This document shows, piece by piece, positions 27,928 to 38,084 of a stretch of 64,000 bases of DNA. Origin of the DNA: an uncultured virus (IMG/VR IMGVR_UViG_3300026549_000002). Lineage: Duplodnaviria > Heunggongvirae > Uroviricota > Caudoviricetes. Within the stretch, counting starts at the first letter, position 1. The number at the start of each line of letters is the position of its first letter. The stretch is taken from the IMG/VR virus record IMGVR_UViG_3300026549_000002; one strand, written 5' to 3'. Position numbers and translations under genes: made by a program. The notes below the pieces were generated by a model that saw only the letters and a program-made list of their open reading frames with translations, had not been told where the DNA came from and made no database searches.

Positions 27928-30111
27928 TTAAATTTTTTGTAATGCTTTACTTGCGGTTATACTCATCATAGAGTTCACATCTAAAGGAATAGAAATAGTT
28001 TGAATCATATAATCGCCATATATACCAGAAGCGGGGTCATTAACAGTAATTCTTGTATTAGGCTCTAAATAATAAATAGGTAAGGCACTAATAGTAATAC
28101 TATTATTCATATTAGTATATTGATATAGCATTTCACATACTCTTTGATAAGCTGAGTTCTGCCAGCCGCCCATAATCATCAAATCATAAATGGTTGGTGT
28201 TACTTGCGCCCAGGCTTGTCCCATTGAGTCACATTCTTCTCTCAATCTTTTCTGTTGTTCAGAATCTAACTCATTATCAATAAATACTATATCTGGAACT
28301 TCTTGTTCAAATACACAATTAATCCCATCCTCTGAAACAGCAATACTACGTCTTCCAATATTCTGTACATTATACTTTCCAACTTCTGCATCGCTGTCTA
28401 TTATATCTAAATAAAAATCAATAGAACTAGGGTCTTCTGCAATAGCAGAAACAAATTGTTGATTTTCCAAATCATAAATCTTAGGTAATTCTTCAATTAA
28501 CTCAGTATAATAATAAGGAAAATCTGTTCCTGTTTGCCAAGCCTCTAATCCTTGATAGTACAACTCCTCACGCCAATCTCTTGAATAAATAGTTTGTCCT
28601 ACATTAACAGTAGTAGGAACATATTCACCAGAAGTATTATCCCAAGCATAATATTGATTATTATTTATATCATAATAAAATCTATCATCATGTCCTTCAC
28701 GTGGGAAACTCATAGCATTATCGAATACCATTACATAACTTCTTGCTCTAACTACACCAAATTCATCAGTATATAAACTAATACCTTTGTGTTCACCATA
28801 AACATAATCTGGATTTTCATCTGTTCCTATGTTTAATGTTTTTTGCGGTTTTTTATCAATAGCTAAATGGTATCTAATAGGAATCTGATTACCTAATGTA
28901 TCAGTTCTAACTCCCCATACTACATAATCATTTTTAATATTACTATATAAAGGCGCATTACTAAAGCTATTAACTAACTTTGTTCCTTCAAAAGTATAAA
29001 CAGACATACCGCCCGAAAGGTCAATTGTATAATCTTGAATGGCATCTGCTTCTAATGTTTCTGCGGGAGTCTTGCCGCCATGATTAGCTTCATAAGATTG
29101 ATATGAAGTATAAGTTGTATTTAAATAATTCTTAATTTCTTGGAATCTAAATCTACCATATACATCATAAAAGTATTCATAGTTACCTAATAACTGTACA
29201 ATCTGATCTAGCACTCCAGTAACAGTTTGTCCAACATCACCAATCAACTCACCTGGGTAAGTAAAATCAGTTAAAAAGAAACCTACATCTTGACCTGCTT
29301 CATAAGGTGTAATCGCGGCGGCGTCGCCTTCGGCCGCATCTAACGCGTCCGCATAGTCGATATAGTAACTATGTGTAGTTTCTCCAGTATCACTAGATAG
29401 CTTCACATAATACAACGGAGTATCTCCACTCCATTGAACAACCTGTTTAATTCTTTCATCAACATCAGAAATAATAATATTAGCCATAGCTTCTTCACCC
29501 CAATGATTAACTACTTCCATAATAATTTGCTTAATCGTTGGGTTGTCTATATAATAAGTCCCATCTTCGCCTTCTTGGTCTCTTGTATGAAACTCGACGG
29601 CGGAAGGAATTACTCCTCCCGCATCGCCATTTAATAAACACATTTTATCTTTCAAAGTTAAACTAATATTAACTCCTGTTGTTGAGTGAGTAATGTTAGG
29701 GTCAAATATAACAAAGATTCCCATTGGAAACCAAATTATATTGCCATACTCTTTTTTATAATCAATGGTATAATGGAATGTCTGGTCTTTTAAACCATGA
29801 ATAGCATCATAAGTATAGTTAGGAACAGTATTCTTTATACCAATTTCTAATTTAATTTTTCTATTAATTGATAATAAATCATCAATTTCTGTTAAGTCGT
29901 TTACTAATTCCTCAGCAAAGACTGTTAAATTTGCGGTTCTTCTTAAACTTGAATTACCATCAAGATTTAAAGTACCGCTAATTACTTTTCCTTGTATCTC
30001 TTGAACTGGGTCTTCTTTCCAAGATAAAACAGTTATTCTTACAAACTGTTCTTTGACTCTTAAATTATCAAGCTGATTCAGAAAAAGTTTATCTTGTAAA
30101 AACTCATACAT
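27928..30111 (-). CDS. putative baseplate hub / minor tail protein
   Basis: GTLNLDGNSSLRRT; YEYFYDVYGRFRF; LPIYYLEPNTRI; start ATG 30111. Confidence 0.6.
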   Translation of the reverse strand: MYEFLQDKLFLNQLDNLRVKEQFVRITVLSWKEDPVQEIQGKVISGTLNLDGNSSLRRTANLTVFAEELVNDLTEIDDLLSINRKIKLEIGIKNTVPNYTYDAIHGLKDQTFHYTIDYKKEYGNIIWFPMGIFVIFDPNITHSTTGVNISLTLKDKMCLLNGDAGGVIPSAVEFHTRDQEGEDGTYYIDNPTIKQIIMEVVNHWGEEAMANIIISDVDERIKQVVQWSGDTPLYYVKLSSDTGETTHSYYIDYADALDAAEGDAAAITPYEAGQDVGFFLTDFTYPGELIGDVGQTVTGVLDQIVQLLGNYEYFYDVYGRFRFQEIKNYLNTTYTSYQSYEANHGGKTPAETLEADAIQDYTIDLSGGMSVYTFEGTKLVNSFSNAPLYSNIKNDYVVWGVRTDTLGNQIPIRYHLAIDKKPQKTLNIGTDENPDYVYGEHKGISLYTDEFGVVRARSYVMVFDNAMSFPREGHDDRFYYDINNNQYYAWDNTSGEYVPTTVNVGQTIYSRDWREELYYQGLEAWQTGTDFPYYYTELIEELPKIYDLENQQFVSAIAEDPSSIDFYLDIIDSDAEVGKYNVQNIGRRSIAVSEDGINCVFEQEVPDIVFIDNELDSEQQKRLREECDSMGQAWAQVTPTIYDLMIMGGWQNSAYQRVCEMLYQYTNMNNSITISALPIYYLEPNTRITVNDPASGIYGDYMIQTISIPLDVNSMMSITASKALQKI

Positions 30112-30113
30112 TT

Positions 30114-32966
30114 TTAATAAATTCCTTTCACAGCTTGTAAGAAGTAAAATATCATAGCATCTACAGGACAACTAATATCAAATAAAGTATTTACGCCTTC
30201 AATTTGAATAATATCAACTGGATACCATTTACCATTATAATACATCTTTGCCCCATCTGCGGAAGTGTAGTAGTCGTATTGGCGCGGAACCTCAGGCGCT
30301 GCCGCACCTTTATTATGACTTAAATTCCATTCTTCCAAGGTAGGATTGCTAGCTTGATTTAAAGCCTCTGGAACACTTCTCGTATTATACTTATTAATTA
30401 AATATCTAGCATCTACTCTTGTACCTGCAACATACATTTCTTCAATTGTATATTCTTCAGAACCTGGATCTAATAGTAATCTACCTGTTTCACCTATAAT
30501 AAATGTAGTTAAATTAGTTCCACTTTCACTAGATTCCACTCCAGAACTTCTTGCCTTTAAAATAGTCCCTGGTTCAGCTTCGACATCTAGATTAATAACT
30601 GTAATAATCTGAGTATAATAAGTTTCATTAGTAGTACCGCTAGCTTCTTCATCATAATAGTCTACATAATATTTATACCATAGTGTCTTAACAACATCTT
30701 CACTAGGTTCAAATGTATTAATATATTGACCATTAATTTTAGTATAAATTTTCTTATAAGCAGTATGTGTACTATCTTTTTGAGAAGAGGTAGTAATTAC
30801 CATATCAATTGCCATTTCTGTATCTGCTAATGGAATAATAGGAGTGTTCTCAGTTAAGAAAACTCCATCGCCCTTTAATTCATAAATATTATTAGGAGGT
30901 TCTATAATAATATTGGCTGTACCAATTTTGAATCCCCATCCTAATACAATATCATCTATATCATCTTCGGTAGTGATTTGTTCTCTTGAATCTTCATCAT
31001 CAATATCATCTACTGTTGTCATTGTTCTGCTATGAATTAAATATGGGTCAGACTCCATTTCTAATCTTAAATAATTTAATGTATATCCGACTACTTTATT
31101 ATCATCAATAATTTTATTAAAGTTATAAGCATCTTTAATGAAATTATTAATATCTACATTAGCTGGATATGTTGTAGGTTCACCACCTAATCTTGCAATC
31201 TGAGGATCTGCTTCAAGAGTAATATTAGGATTGTAAGTTCCTACAGTAATAATACCATATTTATTTAAATTTGGAATAGTAGGTTCATCAACCTCAACAA
31301 GAGTAGCAGAGAAATCATAAATTAATCTTCCTAATTCTTGTTTCGGTGTTAAAGTTACATTCATTACTTTGACAAGAATGTTTCCCTCTTGTAATGATTT
31401 AAACAACTTTACCTTACCATTATATAAAAATTCTTCTACAGCTTTTCTGAACTCACGCTCATAGGTATAATCATAATCATTAACAAATACTTCTATTTGG
31501 TCACGAATTGCTTGATACCTATCTTGATTATGGTCATATAAATCTGTGTCAGAAATAAATAATCTAGCATTTGCATCCATATACGCAGTAATTAATCCAG
31601 TACATTGTAATTCTCTATAATACATATTTCCATTTCGTCTAACAAAAGGAAATTGAGAACCGATAGTATCTGTCTTAGATTCTGCTATTGTACGTACAAA
31701 ATTAGATATTTTAAAATCATAGCGTAATTTTAATTGTTTAGCATTTGATAAAGATTCACTTGCTTCTACTAAGAACGCATCTTCAAACTCTCCCATAACT
31801 GCTGGAGTAATAATAATTAATCCTCTACGACCATAGGCATCTTTAGTCTGAACACCATACTGATACCAAACACCTGATTCAATAGTAAAATCACAATAAG
31901 TCCAATCTATAGCTTGCAATTTAATAGTTTCATGTGCTATATCTTCCCATACTGTAAAATTGCTTCTAGAAGAAGACCTACGAAGAACTAGGTTACCTGT
32001 GAAAGTGTTTTCTAATCCTTTAATTTTAATTTCAGCATAACCTTCTTCTTCTATTACTTCTGCTTTTATTGTTGCGGCAAGTCTATCGTCACTATTAATA
32101 GTTACATTAAATGGAACAATTTTTGTTTCTTGATAGTTATTCTTTGTAAGTATTGAAATAGCAAGATTATAATTATTTTCATTACTCATCTGATATGGAA
32201 GAATAACTTCAAATTGTACTGAACCATTATCTTCAAGAATAACATTATTATAACTATCAAATGTAGTCCATTCAGAATCAGATAAAACTTGCGATTGATC
32301 TGCATTTAATAGTTGCACTCGCCACTGAGAAAGTGTTTCTTCTTTAGACCCTGGTGTATATGAAATAATAAAATCAGAATCTACTGAAGCTACAATCAAT
32401 TCAACTTCTTCATCATCAAAAGCAGATGAAGTGTTCTCTAATCCAACTACATAAAAATCTGGTCTTAATACTCCTCTGATACAACAAACAGTTGACCATT
32501 CTGAGAAGTAATTTAAATGGCTAGAAAAATATGATAATTTTTGTGGATTCGTAACTGTATCTGTACTTAATCTAATTTGTACTTTATATGTAACATCTGG
32601 AATAAATCCAGGCTTTGATTGAGTCGTTGCTTTTTCTAAATCAGAATCACTTAACTCAATATAAAATCTTGCGGCAGTAGCTGCTATAACTGGATCTTCT
32701 TCAGGTGTTACTGAATTTACTGCACATATTTTGATTTGAGCAGGATATTTTTCAGTACTTAAAGCATTTGCATTGTTCTGTTGATAACGAACTGTTACAT
32801 GTGCTGTATTAAAGTCTGACCTTCTGTTATATGACGAGAGAGCAAAATATACTCTTACAGTATTATCAGAAGATTGCCCAGTTACTGCACTAGTTCCCTG
32901 CTCATCCACCGCAAAAGCTGGCATAGAGTAAGCCACAATAGGTGGATATAAATTAGAACTCGCCAT
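30114..32966 (-). CDS. putative distal tail/baseplate protein with FN3-like region (950 aa)
   Basis: DFTIESGVWYQYGVQ; KTDTIGSQFP; context. Confidence 0.55.
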   Translation of the reverse strand: MASSNLYPPIVAYSMPAFAVDEQGTSAVTGQSSDNTVRVYFALSSYNRRSDFNTAHVTVRYQQNNANALSTEKYPAQIKICAVNSVTPEEDPVIAATAARFYIELSDSDLEKATTQSKPGFIPDVTYKVQIRLSTDTVTNPQKLSYFSSHLNYFSEWSTVCCIRGVLRPDFYVVGLENTSSAFDDEEVELIVASVDSDFIISYTPGSKEETLSQWRVQLLNADQSQVLSDSEWTTFDSYNNVILEDNGSVQFEVILPYQMSNENNYNLAISILTKNNYQETKIVPFNVTINSDDRLAATIKAEVIEEEGYAEIKIKGLENTFTGNLVLRRSSSRSNFTVWEDIAHETIKLQAIDWTYCDFTIESGVWYQYGVQTKDAYGRRGLIIITPAVMGEFEDAFLVEASESLSNAKQLKLRYDFKISNFVRTIAESKTDTIGSQFPFVRRNGNMYYRELQCTGLITAYMDANARLFISDTDLYDHNQDRYQAIRDQIEVFVNDYDYTYEREFRKAVEEFLYNGKVKLFKSLQEGNILVKVMNVTLTPKQELGRLIYDFSATLVEVDEPTIPNLNKYGIITVGTYNPNITLEADPQIARLGGEPTTYPANVDINNFIKDAYNFNKIIDDNKVVGYTLNYLRLEMESDPYLIHSRTMTTVDDIDDEDSREQITTEDDIDDIVLGWGFKIGTANIIIEPPNNIYELKGDGVFLTENTPIIPLADTEMAIDMVITTSSQKDSTHTAYKKIYTKINGQYINTFEPSEDVVKTLWYKYYVDYYDEEASGTTNETYYTQIITVINLDVEAEPGTILKARSSGVESSESGTNLTTFIIGETGRLLLDPGSEEYTIEEMYVAGTRVDARYLINKYNTRSVPEALNQASNPTLEEWNLSHNKGAAAPEVPRQYDYYTSADGAKMYYNGKWYPVDIIQIEGVNTLFDISCPVDAMIFYFLQAVKGIY

Positions 32967-33064
32967 ACTTTGCTTCCTCCTTGTATCACTGCGGCGGTCC
33001 AGTTAAAAACATCTTTTTGATCTAGGTATTACTGGATGTTTTTAACGGGACCGCCGCGTTTTTA

Positions 33065-33547
33065 TTATTTATCTTTTCTAATTATTCGATCTTCATACTT
33101 TCTAGGCAATGCCCGCAAAGCTTTCATTAACTCACCAACGAATGTGTTTCCCCTATAAGCCACATAATGAGCGTATCGCTTTTCAAGACAATCCATACTA
33201 TAGTCATCAATCCAACCTACTTGTTCAACAAAGTAGTGATATTCTCTAGTAATAAAAGCTTTTATATCGTCTTTATCGGATTCAGTAAGTGTATCCACTT
33301 GAGAACTTAATTTAACTAAAGATACTTTAATACCGCTTATATCTTCAGCTATTGAATTAACACTATCTTTTAATTCTTGTATATCATTAAATTCCTTTTC
33401 TTTATCCTGGCGTTTTTTATACGCTTCATTAGCGAATGATTGCATCCATGTTTTATAGTCCATAACTGCTTTAAAAGCAAGAAATATCATAATAATACAT
33501 AGGATTATAGTCATTGGGGAAAATGTTGTTAATAATTGTGTCAACAT
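33065..33547 (-). CDS. membrane protein with coiled coil (holin/antiholin-like, tentative)
   Basis: N-terminal TM helix; Y..Y...GN.F motif. Confidence 0.55.
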   Translation of the reverse strand: MLTQLLTTFSPMTIILCIIMIFLAFKAVMDYKTWMQSFANEAYKKRQDKEKEFNDIQELKDSVNSIAEDISGIKVSLVKLSSQVDTLTESDKDDIKAFITREYHYFVEQVGWIDDYSMDCLEKRYAHYVAYRGNTFVGELMKALRALPRKYEDRIIRKDK

Positions 33548-33649
33548 TTACCGAACCCCTCTTTCGTATTCAGAATTATCATTATCATTTATATTTAAAA
33601 AGTGGGTGGGTAAATGAATATATTTTGCCCAAAAAGAAAAAGGAGGATA

Positions 33650-33841
33650 TTACTCCTCCTCTTGTGTTTCTTTTTGTGCAATATCTACTTGACAACGCAC
33701 AAAATCATTATATTGTTGTTCAATTTCATGATTTATATCCTTTAAAATAAAATATACACATCCTACAGGTAATTGAGATTGATTAATAACCTGTAATAAT
33801 TGTTGATAGCATTGATCAATTTGTACATTTATATTATTCAT
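33650..33841 (-). CDS. small hypothetical protein (63 aa)
   Basis: AAGGA RBS; follows large tail protein. Confidence 0.6.
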   Translation of the reverse strand: MNNINVQIDQCYQQLLQVINQSQLPVGCVYFILKDINHEIEQQYNDFVRCQVDIAQKETQEEE

Positions 33842-33855
33842 TTTATATATCCTTT

Positions 33856-36800
33856 TTAACTTGTTTTATAAGGTTTTGATAATACTTTATTCCAACCATT
33901 TTCAACTGCACCAGTAATAAGATGACCAGTATAACCAGGGCAACTTCCTACAGATACGTCTGTAACAAATCCATCTTTGTCTTTTGTCACTTTTAAATTA
34001 ACATCTGTTATAAATTTAGCAGAACGTGATATACTTCCAATTTCTTTAACGTAATTTATAGTTCTCCATGTACCTGATCCATCTCCTACACCATACATGC
34101 TTCCACTATTATGTGCAAAACCACTAGCAGTTCCAGAATGAGATCCGCTATGCGAACCAGTATGCGAACCATGGCTAGTTCCACTAGAAGTTAAATATCC
34201 ATCACCAAATTTAATTTGACCGTTATCACTTGCACTTAAAATAAATTTACCATGTGATAAAGAATTAGAACCTATTGTCCATCCGCCAATTTTTCCACCG
34301 CTTGAAGCATTAAGAGTATTAGCAGTAATAGTACCAGTAACATTAACCCCAGAAGCACTCATAGTACCATCATTTTTAACAGTAAATGTGCCACCTTCTT
34401 CAGATGTCTTATTTCCTATTGAAATAATATCTTTTTGTGTGCTACCAGCATTAGTATTAGTAATAACTACATCTGAAAAAGTTGCTATACCAGTATTAGC
34501 AATACTCCAATGTGGTCCAGATAAACTACCATTACTATTTAAAGTGATAGTATTACCCTCACTACTGGCTGTTAAACGATCAGAACCTATATGCCATCCA
34601 CCAATAGTACCACCACCAGTAGCAGTTAAATTGCCATCTTTATCTACTTGAAATCTACCAGAAGTAAAACTAATACCTGGATTAGCACCTAAAGTAATAG
34701 TCATACCAGAGCCTTGAATAGAACCAGTTCCATCTGCTTCAATTTTAATTTGATTAACGCCTGCTTTACCAAAGGTAGCATTACCTGTGTTAGCATCTAA
34801 GAATATAGTCCTTTGTCCAGATTTATAACCAAATAATCCAGTATTTTGACTACCACCCTCCATAGAAGTACCAGTAACAATGCCAGTAAAACTACCATCA
34901 TTTTCTTTTTTACCAGCACCCATTTGAGGGGCAAGTATATAATTAGTACCATCAGAATTTAATTTTAATGATACTCCATCCCAACCATTCATTGCGGCAA
35001 GGCCATATCTATTTAAATAAAATTCAATAGGTATAACAGCAACAGGTGTGCCATCAACAGAACAAGTAATATAATTATTAACATTTGTTCCAATATAATA
35101 ACTTGGAGGTTCAATAATAATATTATTATATCCAGATAATGTGCTAATTGCCTCTGCTTTTGGTTCTCTAGTGTTTATATCAATAGCATCAGTATAAATG
35201 CGGCCGTCCCAAGTATTCATCCATGTAATTGTACTTGGATCAACTTCTTCACCGTTTACTTTTGTTAAAACAAATGGTTTCTGAGTAAAAGCACTTCTTG
35301 TACCGTCTGATTCATAATTACAACTTCTATATCCACCATTTATATTATACTGTAAATTTTGTAATAAGTCAAGTGGATAAATTGCATAAAATGGCTGACT
35401 TGAAATGCTATTGTCATTTACAGTAACTTTCAATGTATGGTTTTGAGTAACTGGTCTATTAACAGTAAAACTAATAGCGTCAGTTGTATTATTAACTATC
35501 ATATACTGACTAATATTTCTACCATCTAGTTCAGTAGACCAAGTCAAATGATTATCATTCGGTTGATATTCTTTTAATGGATTTACTCCACCATCCCAAA
35601 TCTGAACTTTAAATGGCATATTATCTGTTTTTTCATAAGTACCATTTGCAGTTAATCCATACAAACCATTAGGATGTCCAATTACTATTTTACTATATGT
35701 ACTAGACTTAGGTGTAATACGTGTAGTATATTTAGTACCATTAGTGCCCAATTCACCTTCTTTAGTGAAAGTGAAATTAGTAGTGGCTATTAAGTGTTGA
35801 CCTTGATAATCAACCTCAAGAATTATATTATTATTTGTTTTTTCTATATCGTATGTATTTTGTATGTTATAAGAAAGTTGTGCTTGATCTACAACTGCCC
35901 ATCTTTCAATAAATGAACCATCGGAAGGACTTTCCAAAGAATCTCTTACAAAAGTATAAATTGGAGTAATTTGTTCATCCGTGGTTATAGTCGCTGGCAA
36001 TAGCATAGAATCAAACCCTTCTGTTTGAGTATTTGGGTTTTCTTCACTATTACTAGGCCAAATCCATTTAATCTCTGCTTTACGAGTCTTTTCTTGTCCC
36101 TCACCAAGATTAACTAATTGACCTTTATCATTGTATATATCAAAAGATAAAGCTAAAGTAGATAAGTCAATTCTATCTAATTCATCAACAGAAGGAGAAG
36201 CAGGACTTACTCCATCTGCATTATATTTAAATACTTGTGTTCCATTATTCAGAACTAATCTAAATTGTCCTGACGGCTCACCGTTATTTAATGTTACTGC
36301 GGCGGTACCTACCAGATTATCATCTTGGTCATATACCGAACATGAATAAGTAACAAAATAATGAGCCTCACTAATATTTATATCATTTCTAAATCTTGTG
36401 GTATCTTCTGGTTGATATAACTCTTCAGAGCCTCCATCAATAGCTCTAGTCCAATGATATGAATAACTGTCTAACTCTTCTTGAGTTGCACCATTAATGC
36501 GGCAAGTTAAATCTGTCTTGCCTTCATTAAAAGTAAAATCATTACCCATTGAAGAATAAATCCATACATTATTAATATCTTCTTTAGTTAGATTTAAAAT
36601 AGATGTAATTACAGATAACGCAGTTGTTTCATTATCTTGTTTAAATAATGCAACACATTTATAAAAGTTCTCATAGGCTGGACAGTCACTAGCATTGATT
36701 GTCTTAATATAAGTATCTGCGGCAAAGCCAATCCCATTAGTTCCTGCTCCGGTAACTGGATTATTGAGACACCTCCAACCAACGCCGCCATATTGTTGAT

Positions 36801-37986
36801 AATAAGGACTTTTACTATCAACTCTTGCATCTTTTGCAAACCAATAAAAACTTACCTTCTGTTCACTATAATTAACCTTTTTTCCTTTAACTCTTAAATC
36901 AGCATAAAGTTGTAAAGATTCTGGCCTAACTAATCCACCATTAGTATAAAAGAATCCACCCAATGGAGTTGTTATTCTTAAAGCTAAACCTTGTAATTCT
37001 TTTTCACTAAGAGCATCAAGAAATTCGCATCTAATATTGGATATAACAATATCAGTAATGTTTGCATAGTATAATTCTCCAGAACTATTTTTTCTATATT
37101 GATACCACTCTTTTGTTATTTTATCATAAATACATTCATTGACATTAAAGGAAATGATATTACCTTCATCATCTTCAAAATGTCCATCTATATAATTATA
37201 CTGTGAGTTACCTGTCTTTTGATTAGGGAAATCTTCACAGAATACACTCACACTATCTATACTCGCTAAATGTTCAGAATCTATATCAAAAATAGCATAT
37301 TGGTCACTTCCTGCTACATAATTATAAGGTTGACCAGTCATTCTGTCTATATTTAAAATATATTCTCTAAATACATAAGCTCCTGCGGCAGCAGCATCTT
37401 CATTGGATTTATAACTAGGGTCATAGTATCTTGCGACTACTTTCACGCCATAATTACCGCCACCTATTTTCTGAGCTGAATCTAAACTAGTTTTTAATGT
37501 AGCACCAACTAATAAATATTCAGTATCTTCCTTATAAGTCGTAACTGCTAAGTCATCAACAGTAACAATACCTTCAGCTAAGAGGTCTCTTTGATTTGTT
37601 GCGGGGTTATTAGATTTATAACTCGCAAAACCGATAGAATTACTTTGTGTTAATACATTAGTACCAACTAAAGACATTCTATCTTCTGGATTTAATACTG
37701 CTTGTGTAGAACTAGCATTTTTAGTTACTGGACCCAGGATATAAGGATCTTTTTCAAAATCGCTTGAAGGAATTACTACATATACTTTAGTATTTTTTGC
37801 ATAACCTTTTAAATTTAAATCATACGCATAAAATGTACTATTTTGATATTTTACTTTATATTTGCCAATAGATTCATCAACTTTGTCAGCAATAGTCGCT
37901 CTAACTGTTTTGTCAAATTTGACAGAGGATACTTTGTCCGCAGCTAAAATATCTATACTGTCTAATAAATCTTTAGCTATACTCAT
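33856..37986 (-). CDS. large tail tip / central fibre-like protein (1376 aa)
   Basis: Directly after tape measure; C-terminal Gly-rich G.IGGW.IG repeats. Confidence 0.65.
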   Translation of the reverse strand: MSIAKDLLDSIDILAADKVSSVKFDKTVRATIADKVDESIGKYKVKYQNSTFYAYDLNLKGYAKNTKVYVVIPSSDFEKDPYILGPVTKNASSTQAVLNPEDRMSLVGTNVLTQSNSIGFASYKSNNPATNQRDLLAEGIVTVDDLAVTTYKEDTEYLLVGATLKTSLDSAQKIGGGNYGVKVVARYYDPSYKSNEDAAAAGAYVFREYILNIDRMTGQPYNYVAGSDQYAIFDIDSEHLASIDSVSVFCEDFPNQKTGNSQYNYIDGHFEDDEGNIISFNVNECIYDKITKEWYQYRKNSSGELYYANITDIVISNIRCEFLDALSEKELQGLALRITTPLGGFFYTNGGLVRPESLQLYADLRVKGKKVNYSEQKVSFYWFAKDARVDSKSPYYQQYGGVGWRCLNNPVTGAGTNGIGFAADTYIKTINASDCPAYENFYKCVALFKQDNETTALSVITSILNLTKEDINNVWIYSSMGNDFTFNEGKTDLTCRINGATQEELDSYSYHWTRAIDGGSEELYQPEDTTRFRNDINISEAHYFVTYSCSVYDQDDNLVGTAAVTLNNGEPSGQFRLVLNNGTQVFKYNADGVSPASPSVDELDRIDLSTLALSFDIYNDKGQLVNLGEGQEKTRKAEIKWIWPSNSEENPNTQTEGFDSMLLPATITTDEQITPIYTFVRDSLESPSDGSFIERWAVVDQAQLSYNIQNTYDIEKTNNNIILEVDYQGQHLIATTNFTFTKEGELGTNGTKYTTRITPKSSTYSKIVIGHPNGLYGLTANGTYEKTDNMPFKVQIWDGGVNPLKEYQPNDNHLTWSTELDGRNISQYMIVNNTTDAISFTVNRPVTQNHTLKVTVNDNSISSQPFYAIYPLDLLQNLQYNINGGYRSCNYESDGTRSAFTQKPFVLTKVNGEEVDPSTITWMNTWDGRIYTDAIDINTREPKAEAISTLSGYNNIIIEPPSYYIGTNVNNYITCSVDGTPVAVIPIEFYLNRYGLAAMNGWDGVSLKLNSDGTNYILAPQMGAGKKENDGSFTGIVTGTSMEGGSQNTGLFGYKSGQRTIFLDANTGNATFGKAGVNQIKIEADGTGSIQGSGMTITLGANPGISFTSGRFQVDKDGNLTATGGGTIGGWHIGSDRLTASSEGNTITLNSNGSLSGPHWSIANTGIATFSDVVITNTNAGSTQKDIISIGNKTSEEGGTFTVKNDGTMSASGVNVTGTITANTLNASSGGKIGGWTIGSNSLSHGKFILSASDNGQIKFGDGYLTSSGTSHGSHTGSHSGSHSGTASGFAHNSGSMYGVGDGSGTWRTINYVKEIGSISRSAKFITDVNLKVTKDKDGFVTDVSVGSCPGYTGHLITGAVENGWNKVLSKPYKTS

Positions 37987-38084
37987 CCTTGTATCTCCTT
38001 TCGCGGCGGGGCCGCCGCAATCTTCTTTTATCTAGGTACGACGGAGCCCGGAGGCCCCGCCGCATTTTCCTTTATATATATAAA

